Assembly (NCBI GenBank): GCA_963817955.1
Contig: CAWFQK010000005.1
Span: 96,001 to 160,000 of the forward strand
Length of the DNA: 64,000 nucleotides
Reading direction: 5' to 3'
Source: an uncultured Gemmatimonadaceae bacterium
GTDB taxonomy: Bacteria > Gemmatimonadota > Gemmatimonadetes > Gemmatimonadales > Gemmatimonadaceae
The position numbers and the translations under genes are program-made. Below, piece by piece: positions 41,001 to 51,842 of this stretch. Each line of letters starts with the position of its first letter. Position 1 is the stretch's first letter. The notes under the pieces were generated by a model. That model saw only the letters and a program-made list of their open reading frames with translations. It was not told the DNA's origin and ran no database searches.

Positions 41001-41472
41001 GTGGGACAACCGCCGGTGGACGCACGTGAACCCGACCGCCGCCGAGATCGCGCAGGCTCAGGCGCAGGCCGCGCAGCGGCAGGCCCAACTGCGCGTGCGC
41101 ATCGACTCGCTGGCACGTGCGGGAGGCGACACCACCGCGCTCGCGGCGCAGTTACGTCGGGCGGCGGCGGGACGCGGCGCGCCGCGCGGCCACGAGGAGT
41201 ATGCGGGCCTCACGCCGGCGTTCATCAAGCCGGCGTCCATCGCCTGGTACGCCTCGCACAAACACACCGCCCAGGGCGCGAATGAATTTTACGACTACTC
41301 ATACCTGTTTGCGTATGCGATCGACCTACCGCCAGGGGCGACCACCCTCACCTTGCCCAACGATGACGCCATTCGGGTGTTGGCCGTGACGGTGGTGGAC
41401 GGGCCGGCGGGGGTGGTTCCGGCGGCAGCGCTGCATGATGTGGTGGGAGGTCGGGCGGCGGGCCAGCGGTAA
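38002..41472 (+). CDS. Secreted GH38 alpha-mannosidase
   Basis: Signal peptide; AHLDTEWRW, LPDCFGF, YYGTGDVGG, FHDIAAGT. Confidence 0.92.
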   Translation: MRRFAVGPLAVLFLAGAVVTPLGAQRDVTTTPTIYAVGYAHLDTEWRWEYPQTIRDYLARTMSDNFALFEKYPDYVFNFSGANRYRLMKEYYPADYARVTAYVRQGRWFPAGSSMEEGDVNAPSAEAIIRQILYGNDYFRKDFGIASAEYMLPDCFGFPWSLPSILAYSGVKGFSTQKLVWGSSVPDQPTTPYGMEGKGVPFNFGTWVGPDGQGVLAALNPGSYSSRVGYDLSRADARDSTARPAPPHTWLERLQENKQKLGLMADYKYYGTGDVGGAPSDSSIMFIQRAVRDTGGPVKVISARADQFFLDITPAQAARLPRYAGEMELQNHSAGSLTSQAYLKRWIHEDELLAGAAEQASVSAALVGARAYPMQRLTDAWTLMMGNDFHDIAAGTATPKAYEYAWNDAVIAMNQMSGVITDATSGLASAMNTNATGTPVVVYNSLNVPRADVVEATVAMGGAAPAAVRVIGPDGRAVPAQLERSANGRTKVVFLASAPSAGSAVYDVRPATAAAAAGELHVSNHSLENARYRVAIDGNGDISSIFDKKYNKELLAAPMRLAIKDDTPEQWPAWNMDWTDEIKAPRAYVAGTPVISVSENGPARVAVTIARQKDSSTFVQTVRLAAGDAGNRVEVHASIDWHEPNAALKVLFPLTVSNDSATYNWDVGTIKRGTAYDRKFEVPSHQFIDLTDKSGAYGVTILTEKKNGSDKRDDHTIGLTLLLTPGISAGGRGYADESSQDWGHHELVYGIAGHAGDYRAAGTDWQAWRLDAPLMSFTAPKHGGALGKQFSLVRVSNPRVRVLGFKRAEQSQEYIVRVVELDGKPQRNVRLSFAAPVASAREVNGQEQPLPGAATIAGGALVTLLEPFRVRSWAVTFGAPSAHARSLASQSVALPYDLATATTDGMHSTGGFNASGEALPAEMLPRTLAFDGVTFTLAPASSGAANAVVARGQTLTLPAGRHSRVYVLAASANGDRTATFRAGATPEDLTIQDWGGYVGQWDNRRWTHVNPTAAEIAQAQAQAAQRQAQLRVRIDSLARAGGDTTALAAQLRRAAAGRGAPRGHEEYAGLTPAFIKPASIAWYASHKHTAQGANEFYDYSYLFAYAIDLPPGATTLTLPNDDAIRVLAVTVVDGPAGVVPAAALHDVVGGRAAGQR

Positions 41473-41494
41473 AGGTGAGGCGGTTCGCCTGACA

Positions 41495-43690
<2,196 letters not shown>

Positions 43691-43866
43691 TGACTTGGGA
43701 GTCCCGATGGTGGACGCACCGTCGTGCGGCGGACAGCGACTCGCGATGCCGCGGGCCGCTGCCTGACGCTATTGCTGGAGACGCGCGGCGTAAAGGGAGT
43801 TACGGCTGAGCGCGGTGTGGGGGGCGGAGGATTCGGGGGGGGGATGCAGCGCTCGGGAAAGCGAGG

Positions 43867-43904
43867 CGTACGCCATTGACGTGTATACGCCTTTGGCGTA
43901 CTAT
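43867..43904 (+). promoter_or_regulatory. sigma70 promoter with a palindromic toxin-antitoxin operator
   Basis: TTGACG (43876)-17 nt-TACTAT (43899), overlapped by tacgcc-ttt-ggcgta and an imperfect upstream copy. Confidence 0.75.
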
Positions 43905-43911
43905 GTTTGTC

Positions 43912-44223
43912 ATGGAACTGATTGAGACGTCGATCTTCACGAAACAGGTGCAAGCGGCGCTTTCGGACGAGGAGTACCGGGCCTTTCAGCTTCATCTCAT
44001 CCTTCGCCCCGACGTCGGACCGGTCATTCCGGGCTCGGGTGGGCTTCGCAAAGTGCGATGGCAACTCGCCGGCCGCGGAAAACGGGGCGGCGCGCGGGTG
44101 ATTTACTATTGGCGAACGGCGCAGAATCAGATCGTTCTCCTGTTTCTCTACCCGAAGAACGTCCGAGCGACGTTGACGCCCACTGAGCTGAAGACGTTGC
44201 GGGAGCTCGTCGGCGATGAATGA
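43912..44223 (+). CDS. higB: RelE/HigB2-like toxin
   Basis: IETSIF, IPGSGGLRKVRW, GKRGGARVIY, YPKN; toxin-first order. Confidence 0.88.
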   Translation: MELIETSIFTKQVQAALSDEEYRAFQLHLILRPDVGPVIPGSGGLRKVRWQLAGRGKRGGARVIYYWRTAQNQIVLLFLYPKNVRATLTPTELKTLRELVGDE

Positions 44224-44240
44224 CCTAACTGGAGGGAAGC

Positions 44241-44582
44241 ATGCGCAAGGAACTCTTTGACCAACTCGTGGCGAGCGTGAAGGAGATGAAGGAGATCCAG
44301 GCCGGTCGACGGACGCCCGCGCGCGTCACGCGGGTTGAGGACCTCGTGGCACAGGGGACTCCAGACGTCGCCGCCCTGCGGGCCCGATTTCGCCTCAGCC
44401 AGGCGAAGTTCGCTGCGCTACTTGGGATCAGCGTCGACACGCTACAGAACTGGGAGCAGCACCGACGGCAGCCAGACGGCCCGGCGAAAGTGTTGCTTCG
44501 TGTGGCGGCGGCACATCCCGAGGCGCTTTTGTCGGTCGCCCAACCCACACGAAAGTCGCGGACGAAACGAACCGCTGCTTAG
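44241..44582 (+). CDS. higA: HigA2-like XRE HTH antitoxin
   Basis: ELFDQLVASVKE N-terminus; LSQAKFA...TLQNWEQ..RQPDGPA. Confidence 0.88.
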   Translation: MRKELFDQLVASVKEMKEIQAGRRTPARVTRVEDLVAQGTPDVAALRARFRLSQAKFAALLGISVDTLQNWEQHRRQPDGPAKVLLRVAAAHPEALLSVAQPTRKSRTKRTAA

Positions 44583-44695
44583 TGGCGAGATCGCGCGCGA
44601 TAACCTGTCGAATCGATCGAAGCCGGCAGTGTCTGCGTCCAGGGCTCGCCCACTGAGAAACTGACCCACAAACTGACCACTTCGCCAAAACGCAA

Positions 44696-44730
44696 AGAGC
44701 CCGGCAGCACATAACGTGTTGCCGGGCTCT
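44696..44730 (-). terminator. Hairpin directly downstream of the tRNA-Gln fragment
   Basis: agagcccggcagcac-ataac-gtgttgccgggctct. Confidence 0.7.
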
Positions 44731-44775
44731 CAGTTGCCCCTCCTAGGCTCGAACTAGGACTCTCCTGATCCAGAG
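44731..44775 (-). repeat. att-like 45-bp duplicate of the tRNA-Gln 3' half
   Basis: Identical to 53270-53314; begins exactly at the 7-nt anticodon loop. Confidence 0.95.
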
Positions 44776-44933
44776 AGCGAAAAGAGCGTCGCGCTCGCGA
44801 TCCACTGCACGATCGTGGACTGGTGGCGTGCGAGCGATCGGCGCAGCTTCAGCATCGACATGCGTCCCACACCTCCTCTGCTGCTGTGATGAAGCGCGGG
44901 ATGGGCGACGGCCTCGCCCACCCCGCGGCGGAG

Positions 44934-45323
44934 TTACATCCCGCTCTTCTTCTTCGTGGCCTTTTCGGCCTTGGCCTCGCCATGCTCCGACGCCGGCGAT
45001 TCGTGCTCGGTGTTGACCACCGCGCCGGTCTTCGCGTTGACGTTCACCTCTTCGATGCCAGACTTCCCCGGCACCTTGAGCTCGTACGAGTAGATGAGCC
45101 GGCCGCCCTCGTTCTCGAGCTCGACCGCCTGAATGGTGGCGTTCGGGATGCGGGCCGCGGCCGTCTTCGCCGCGTCTGCTTCGGGCACCGTTGCCTGCTT
45201 GACGAGCTTGGCCGGCAGGTCGCGCTTGTATTTGGGCGTCGGGCCCTGCGCAGCCAACGTCGCGAGCGCCGCGGTCGTGATGACGCCTGCGGTAATCAGA
45301 ACGTGCTTTATCGAACGAGCCAT
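44934..45323 (-). CDS. Secreted PepSY-domain protein
   Basis: AGGAG RBS, signal peptide, VELENEGGRLIYSYEL...VNVNAKTGAVV. Confidence 0.88.
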   Translation of the reverse strand: MARSIKHVLITAGVITTAALATLAAQGPTPKYKRDLPAKLVKQATVPEADAAKTAAARIPNATIQAVELENEGGRLIYSYELKVPGKSGIEEVNVNAKTGAVVNTEHESPASEHGEAKAEKATKKKSGM

Positions 45324-45467
45324 AATAGTGCTCTCCTGCTTGGGATAGCGCCGCCTCTGTAGATGCGCAGCGGGAGTACGGCTGACGAAACGAGTGGTCG
45401 TCTGCGCACGGATGTAAGCTGGCAACTGCTACCTGAACGCAGCCTAAACGCTGCTCGTGCGCGACTC

Positions 45468-46907
45468 CTACTCGCCGGCCGGCAGCCCCAACACGAACAC
45501 CGTGCCGGTCTCATCCGAGCGCGCGAGCTCGAGCGTGCCGCCGTGTGCCTCCGCGATCCATCGGGCGATGGAGAGGCCGAGTCCAGCGCCGCTCGTGACC
45601 ATATCACTATCGTGCGACCGTGCGGCGTCGCCGCGCACGAAACGATTGAAGATCGTCGGTTGGAGATCGCGCGGGATGGCCGGGCCGCGATTCTCTACCT
45701 CAATCCGATATGCTCCATCTCGGGGCGAGAGGCGCACGTCCACCGATTGGCGCGGCGCCGAGTGCTTGATCGCGTTATCGAGCAGGTTGATCAGGAGGCG
45801 GTGCAGGAGTGCCTCATCGCCAACGAACGGCGCCTCGCCAGGCGTGGCGAGGGCGATCTCCACTGCGCGGGCGTCGGCCAACGAGCGGACCTGCCGGACG
45901 CACTCCGCGACGAGCTCGTCGAGATACAGGGGCGCACGTCGGAGCGGCAGCTCGCCTGCATCGGCGCGGGAAAGAAAGAACAGATCGTCGACGATGCGTT
46001 GCAGGCGAACCGCCGCGGCGCGTACGACGACCAGCGCGTCCTCGTATTCCGCCGCGGTGCGCGGCGTTCGCGACAACGCCAGCGTCGCCTCGTTCTTCAC
46101 CACCGCGACTGGCGTCCGCAACTCGTGCGAGGCATCGGCCATGAACTGTCGCTGCTGCGCGAACGCCTGCTCGAGCCGCGCGAGCAGGCCGTTGATCACC
46201 GCCGCCAGCTGTCCCACCTCGTCGTCGGAGCGCCCGAACGGCACGCGCTCGCTCAGGTTGCTTGCCCCGATTCGCGCCGTGGCGTCGCGGACTCGCACCA
46301 TGGGCGCAAGGCTACGGCGCGCGAGCAACCAGCCGCCGAGCCAGGCGAGGAGCAACGCCACCGGGATCGCGATCGCGATCGCCGTGCGCGCTTCACCGAG
46401 GGTTTCCACGTCGTCGTGTATCGACGTCGCCGCGGCGATTGTGAACGACCCGTCGCGCATGCGCAACGGCGCCAGCGCGACGCGGTATCCGCCCTCCTCG
46501 TCGGGCAACGTCGTAGTCATCTCTCGCGCGATTGGCGCCGACGCGAACTCCGCGCCGAGGCGCCGCGCGTCGAACGGCGGCTCGGAGTCTGTGTTCGCTG
46601 ATAGCCGCGACGGCGGAATGCTCGCCGCGACCACACGGCCCGCGGCGTCGAACACGACGAACGCGATCGTCCGAAAGCGCATCTCATGCAGCACCTCGTC
46701 GGCGGCGCCTCGCGTCAACGACTGTCTGCCGCGCTCGGCGAGCAACTCCGTACGGAGATCCGACAGCGCGTCGCGCAGCGCCGCGTCCGTTCGCGTGCGC
46801 GTCGCGTACACGACGAACGTGTACGCGCCCGCCGTCACGGTTACGAGGAGCACGGCCAGAACCGCCGTGTGCCAGAGCGCGAGGCGCGCGCGAACCGACG
46901 CGAACAT
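45468..46907 (-). CDS. CusS/QseC-like HAMP sensor kinase
   Basis: FMADASHELRTP, NLLDNAIK, GAGLGLSI; TGATG overlap with the regulator. Confidence 0.92.
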   Translation of the reverse strand: MFASVRARLALWHTAVLAVLLVTVTAGAYTFVVYATRTRTDAALRDALSDLRTELLAERGRQSLTRGAADEVLHEMRFRTIAFVVFDAAGRVVAASIPPSRLSANTDSEPPFDARRLGAEFASAPIAREMTTTLPDEEGGYRVALAPLRMRDGSFTIAAATSIHDDVETLGEARTAIAIAIPVALLLAWLGGWLLARRSLAPMVRVRDATARIGASNLSERVPFGRSDDEVGQLAAVINGLLARLEQAFAQQRQFMADASHELRTPVAVVKNEATLALSRTPRTAAEYEDALVVVRAAAVRLQRIVDDLFFLSRADAGELPLRRAPLYLDELVAECVRQVRSLADARAVEIALATPGEAPFVGDEALLHRLLINLLDNAIKHSAPRQSVDVRLSPRDGAYRIEVENRGPAIPRDLQPTIFNRFVRGDAARSHDSDMVTSGAGLGLSIARWIAEAHGGTLELARSDETGTVFVLGLPAGE

Positions 46908-47608
46908 CACCACGTACCGTCGCCGTGGGCCCGGTCCTCGAGCTCGGCGAGCATGTACCCGGCACCGCGGCGCGTATGGATGAGCGGATGGTCCGTGCCA
47001 CCATCCACCTTCCTCCGCAAGCGACCGATGTACACTTCGAGCGCGTTGGAAAAGGGGTCGTGATTCTCGTCCCACACGTGTGCCGTGATGTCCGCGCGGC
47101 TCACGACTTCGCCGGCATGGCGCGCCAGATACTCGAGCATCGCGTACTCGCGCGTCGTGAGTGCAATCGGTCTGCCTCCGCGCGCGGCGGTCTGGCTCCG
47201 TGTGTCCACCGTGAGATCGCCGACGGCGAGCATCTCGGGCACGACCGTGTGTCCGCGGCGGAGCAGCGCCCGAATGCGCGCCAGGAGCTCGTCGAGCTCG
47301 AACGGTTTCGTGAGGTAGTCGTCGGCGCCCGCATCCAGCCCAGCGACCTTGTCGCGAATCGTGTCGCGCGCGGTGAGCATCAGGATCGGCGTACGGATGT
47401 CGCGTGCCCTCAGCGCCCGCGCGACTTCGAGGCCGTTGCGCGCCGGCAGGGCCACGTCGAGCACGATCGCATCGTACTCGTTGAGGACCGCCTGGAGCAT
47501 GGCGGTGTCGCCGTCTCGGGCGACGTCCACGGCATAGGCATTCTCTCGCAGCGCCTTCGCCAGCGAACGGGCGAGAAGCGCGTCATCTTCAGCGATGAGC
47601 ACGCGCAT
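46907..47608 (-). CDS. OmpR-family response regulator
   Basis: AEDD, MLTAR, GADDYLTKPF, HTRRGAGY. Confidence 0.95.
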   Translation of the reverse strand: MRVLIAEDDALLARSLAKALRENAYAVDVARDGDTAMLQAVLNEYDAIVLDVALPARNGLEVARALRARDIRTPILMLTARDTIRDKVAGLDAGADDYLTKPFELDELLARIRALLRRGHTVVPEMLAVGDLTVDTRSQTAARGGRPIALTTREYAMLEYLARHAGEVVSRADITAHVWDENHDPFSNALEVYIGRLRRKVDGGTDHPLIHTRRGAGYMLAELEDRAHGDGTW

Positions 47609-47757
47609 GGGTGAACGCCGCCTCCGCTACGTCTCGCCAGCGACGACTCATAAAAGTCATTGGATGCCGAATGGTGATGGTTGCGATTCGGCCGAGCGAG
47701 CGCCCGACGTGTCGCAACGTACCAATCCGTACCTGACGGCAGGCTAACAGCGAGCGT

Positions 47758-50700
47758 CTACGCATTGCCGAGTCGTCCGTGCGGATCGAGCAGCAGATAC
47801 AATCCCGGAAGCGCAAGCAACACGATCGGACCGGAGAGGACAAAGCCGCCGATGACGGCGATCGCGAGAGGTTGCATGAGCTGCGCACCAGAGCCCAGCG
47901 CGAGCGCGAGAGGCGCCAGCGCGAAGGCTGTCGCGAGAATCGTCATGGCCACTGGCCGCAGGCGGCGACGGGCCGCCTCGGACCACGCCTCGTACGGGGA
48001 TCGCCCGGCTTGCAAGGACAGCTTGGCCTCGTGGATCACGAAGATCGCATTCTCGCCCACGATGCCAACCATCATGATGGCGCCGACGTAGCTCGAGATG
48101 TTGAGACTCTGGCCGGTGAGCACCAGCGAACCGAGGACGCCAGCCAGCACCGACATCGCGCACAGCGCCACGACGATGGGCGCACGCCAATCGCCGAACT
48201 CGAAGAGCACGATCACGCCGACGAGCACGAGGCCCGAGAGCAGCACGTAGAGCAGACTACGGAACGACTGCTGTTGCTGCTCGTACAGTCCACCGTATTC
48301 GACCGTCATCCCGGGGCCGAGATGCGCGCTCTGCTGCACCGCGCGGCGTACGTCGCCCATTGCGCTGCCGAGGTCTCGGCCCTCGAGCCGTGCGGTGATC
48401 CCGAAGTACGTCTTCAGGTTCTCGCGATCGATCTCGACTTCCGGCGCACCGGTCCGTACGTCGGCCACCATGGCGACGGATACGAGACCGGCCGCCGGCG
48501 GTTTGGCGCGAATCTTCAGCGCCGCGAGCGATTCGGCTGGCGGCGCAAACACGCGCAGGTCATACACGCGGTCGCCGATCTGCACCGTGTCAGCCACCGT
48601 GCCGCTCACCGCGGGTTCGATCGCATCGTGAATGTCTTGCGTTGTGAGCCCGTACGCGGCCGCGGCTCCCGGCTTCACAGCGATCGTCAGCGCAGGACCC
48701 GCGATCGTCAGCCCGTTGAAGACGTCGGCCACACCCGGGACCTTGCCGACCGCGTCGGCCACGCGGCTCACGGTCTTCTCGAGCACCTGCTCCTGATCGC
48801 CGAAGATCTTCACATCGATCGGCTGCGGAGCGCCGCCCGTGAGATCGCCAATGTTGTCCTCGAGCAATTGCCCGAAATCGGTGGCGATCGCCGGTTCCAC
48901 GGCGGCGATGCGGCTGCGCAGATCCTCGATCACGGCGTCGATGTCCCGCCGCTGCTTCTTCGGCTTGAGCTTGATGACGTAGTCGCCGGTGTTGGGCTCG
49001 GTGATGAAGAATCCGAGCTGCGCCCCGGTACGCCGCGAATAGGTCGCGACGTCCGGAATGCTCATGATGACACGCTCGGCCTGCCGTAGCATCTCGTCCG
49101 TCTCGGCGAGCGACGTCCCCGGCGGTGTATGGTAGTCGAGAATGATGGATCCCTCATCCATGTGCGGCAGAAAGTCGGTGGCGATGTGGCCGTAGAGGAC
49201 ATAGGCGATGACTATCAGTACGACGACGGCTGCTGCCGGGATCACGCCGTATCCGACGACGACCCCAACGACTCGGCGGTAGAGGCGGTCGGCTCCCAAG
49301 ACGAGGGCGCGCGCCCATCGGCCCGCGCGTGGAGCCGGCGTATCCGGGAGCGAGCTGCGTGGCGCGACCGGCGCGTTGGGCACGAATGTCGTCACGGCGA
49401 CGGGTACGACGAGGAGCGCGATGAAAAACGAGACGACCAGCGTGATCGCCATCGTCAGCGCGAGCGGCTTGAAGAACGCGCCGACGACGCCGGACAACAG
49501 CGCGAACGGCAACAGAATCACCGTCGTCGCCAGACTGGAGTTGACGAGCGCGGGCAGGAGCGCACGGATGCTCGTCCCGGCCGGATCCCGGGAAGCCTCG
49601 CCGACGTCGCGCCCGTGGTGTTCGATGTCCTCGATCACGACGATTGCATCGTCTGCGATGAGGCCCAGCGCCGCCGCGACGCCCGCGAGCGTCATGAGAT
49701 TGATCGTCTGATTCAGCACGCTGAGGAACAGCGCGACGATTGCGATTGTGAGCGGAATCGCCACCACGGCGATGAGCGTCAGGCGCCAATTGCGCAGGAA
49801 CACGAGCAGCACGAGCGCCGCGAGGCCCACGCCGATCAGGATCGCGTCGCGCGTGCCGTTGACCGAATCAGAGACGAATCGCGCCTGGTCATAGAAATTG
49901 ATCCACTGCACGCCGCGGGGCAGCAGCTGCGGCTGATCGCGAAACAGTTGGGCGACCGCGGCGGCGATGGCAACCGTGTTCGCCGCCGGTTGGCGAATGA
50001 CGTTGACGAGAACGGCCGGATGGCCATTCGCCGTCGTGCGGATGTACGACGTCTGGTCCGCGACGGTGATCGTCCCGAGCTGGCCAAGGGTCGCGGCCGG
50101 CCCATTGTCGGCCGGCACGGAGAGCCGCGCGATCTCGTCGGTCCCGGTGACATGTCCATCGACGAGCGTCAAGTACAACTCGTGATTGCGCTCGATGAGG
50201 CCCGCGGACTGGACCGTGTTCTCCTTTGTGATCGCGGTGATCACGTCGGTTGCCGTCAGTCGACGTGCATCGAGCGCGCGATGATCCAGGCGCAATTGGA
50301 ACTCGCGCCGTCCCCCGCCCTGGATCTGTACCTGCGACACGCCGGGGATGCGAACGAGCGCGGGCTTGAGTGTGTACTGCGCGAAGTCGTAGAGCTGCGC
50401 CATCGTCTCCCGGTCGGAGATGAGCGCGTAGCCCTGAATCGGAAACACCGCGGGGTTCATCCACTCGACCTCGATCGTTGTCTCGTTCGGGAGAGCGGGC
50501 CGAACGCGCTGCGTCTCCGCTTCGATGCGCTGGACTGCCACGACCATGTCGGTCCCCCAGGAGAACTGCGCGTCGATCTCGCTCGATCCGCGCGACGTCG
50601 TCGAGCGCACCGACTGGATGCCCGGCACGCGCAGCATCGCCTCCTCGAGCGGCCTCGTCACGGTGGCCATCATGAGAGCCGCCGGTTCCTCGCCGACGTC

Positions 50701-50847
50701 CGCGATGACGCGCACGAGCGGAAACGTCACCGATGGAAAGATCGAGGACGGCAGACCGATGACCTTGTAGACGCCGGCAGCGGCGAGGATGGCGAGGAGC
50801 AGGAAGACGCCGACAATGCGGCGCCGCGCGACGTCGATCAGCTTCAT
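47758..50847 (-). CDS. RND efflux permease (AcrB/CusA superfamily)
   Basis: About 1030 aa; GLIADDAIVV, RLRPVAMT, QPLAIAVIGG. Confidence 0.93.
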   Translation of the reverse strand: MKLIDVARRRIVGVFLLLAILAAAGVYKVIGLPSSIFPSVTFPLVRVIADVGEEPAALMMATVTRPLEEAMLRVPGIQSVRSTTSRGSSEIDAQFSWGTDMVVAVQRIEAETQRVRPALPNETTIEVEWMNPAVFPIQGYALISDRETMAQLYDFAQYTLKPALVRIPGVSQVQIQGGGRREFQLRLDHRALDARRLTATDVITAITKENTVQSAGLIERNHELYLTLVDGHVTGTDEIARLSVPADNGPAATLGQLGTITVADQTSYIRTTANGHPAVLVNVIRQPAANTVAIAAAVAQLFRDQPQLLPRGVQWINFYDQARFVSDSVNGTRDAILIGVGLAALVLLVFLRNWRLTLIAVVAIPLTIAIVALFLSVLNQTINLMTLAGVAAALGLIADDAIVVIEDIEHHGRDVGEASRDPAGTSIRALLPALVNSSLATTVILLPFALLSGVVGAFFKPLALTMAITLVVSFFIALLVVPVAVTTFVPNAPVAPRSSLPDTPAPRAGRWARALVLGADRLYRRVVGVVVGYGVIPAAAVVVLIVIAYVLYGHIATDFLPHMDEGSIILDYHTPPGTSLAETDEMLRQAERVIMSIPDVATYSRRTGAQLGFFITEPNTGDYVIKLKPKKQRRDIDAVIEDLRSRIAAVEPAIATDFGQLLEDNIGDLTGGAPQPIDVKIFGDQEQVLEKTVSRVADAVGKVPGVADVFNGLTIAGPALTIAVKPGAAAAYGLTTQDIHDAIEPAVSGTVADTVQIGDRVYDLRVFAPPAESLAALKIRAKPPAAGLVSVAMVADVRTGAPEVEIDRENLKTYFGITARLEGRDLGSAMGDVRRAVQQSAHLGPGMTVEYGGLYEQQQQSFRSLLYVLLSGLVLVGVIVLFEFGDWRAPIVVALCAMSVLAGVLGSLVLTGQSLNISSYVGAIMMVGIVGENAIFVIHEAKLSLQAGRSPYEAWSEAARRRLRPVAMTILATAFALAPLALALGSGAQLMQPLAIAVIGGFVLSGPIVLLALPGLYLLLDPHGRLGNA

Positions 50848-51842
50848 TCGACAACTCGTGACCCATCCGGCAACCCAACCTGCCCGGACGTGATCACGCG
50901 TTGCCCGACCGTGAGCCTTGGCGCGATGATCTCCGCCCACATCGAGTCGACTATTCCCGGGGACACGCGCACCCAATGCGCCCGGTTGTCCGCGCTGACA
51001 ACCGCGATTTGCGTGACGCCGGTGATGTCGTCACGCAGTAGGGCGGCTTTCGGCACCGTCGGCACGTTCACGTGCTGATTCACAACGATGTCGGCGGAGC
51101 CGAACAGGCCTACGGTCACCGGAATGGACGGCGGCTCGAAATCGAGCCGCACGCGCATGGCGGCGGTCGAGCCGGTATCGGAGGGGACGACGCCCTGCAC
51201 GCGCGCGGGAATCCAGCCGAACCGCGCGGTCAGCGCGACGCGCGCTCGTTGACCCGCGTGGACGTACGCGAGATCACCCTGCGATATGTCCGCGAAGAAC
51301 AGCATCTGCCCGGTCACCGCGAGGCTGATCAGGCTGTCGCCCTGCACGACGCGCTCTCCCGTCGATGCCGCGCGCGCAATCACCACGCCACGCTTCGCGA
51401 CAGTCAGCGGCGTGAGCACCAGGTTCGCCTCTGCCACCTGCAGTGCCCGTTCGGCGTCACTCCGCTCGGCCGCGGTGCGCGCCCCGAGCAGCATCGCGCG
51501 CGCACCGCGGAGTGCGGCGTCGCTGTTCTCGGCCATGATGGTGCCGACCGACTGTCCGGCACTGACCACGTCACCGACGTTGGCCGTGAGCGCCGTGAGC
51601 ACACCGTTGAACGGTGCGCGCACGCGTTCGTCGTCGAGCACGTCGGTCTCGCCCGGTCCGCTGACCGTCTCCTCCAGGGTTCGCAGCGTCACAGGCGCCA
51701 TCGTCACGGGCGTCGAGCCAGTGTCCGCCGCCGTGCCCGGATCGCTCGTTGTGCCCATCGAGTGACCCGGATTCTTGTTGCCGGACCCGCACGCCACGCA
51801 CCACGCGATCGCGACCGCCGACCCGATGTTGCGGATGATCAC
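50844..51842 (-). CDS. RND periplasmic adaptor lipoprotein
   Basis: GTG start overlapping the TolC stop; CVACG lipobox; VPKAAL, GQRVITSG. Confidence 0.88.
   Translation of the reverse strand: MIIRNIGSAVAIAWCVACGSGNKNPGHSMGTTSDPGTAADTGSTPVTMAPVTLRTLEETVSGPGETDVLDDERVRAPFNGVLTALTANVGDVVSAGQSVGTIMAENSDAALRGARAMLLGARTAAERSDAERALQVAEANLVLTPLTVAKRGVVIARAASTGERVVQGDSLISLAVTGQMLFFADISQGDLAYVHAGQRARVALTARFGWIPARVQGVVPSDTGSTAAMRVRLDFEPPSIPVTVGLFGSADIVVNQHVNVPTVPKAALLRDDITGVTQIAVVSADNRAHWVRVSPGIVDSMWAEIIAPRLTVGQRVITSGQVGLPDGSRVVE

Noticed and set aside
45363..51078. Long plus-strand ORFs opposite the island genes, and similar shadow ORFs elsewhere
   Set aside because: Antisense shadows of well-supported genes, Arg/Ala-rich with no recognisable motifs.
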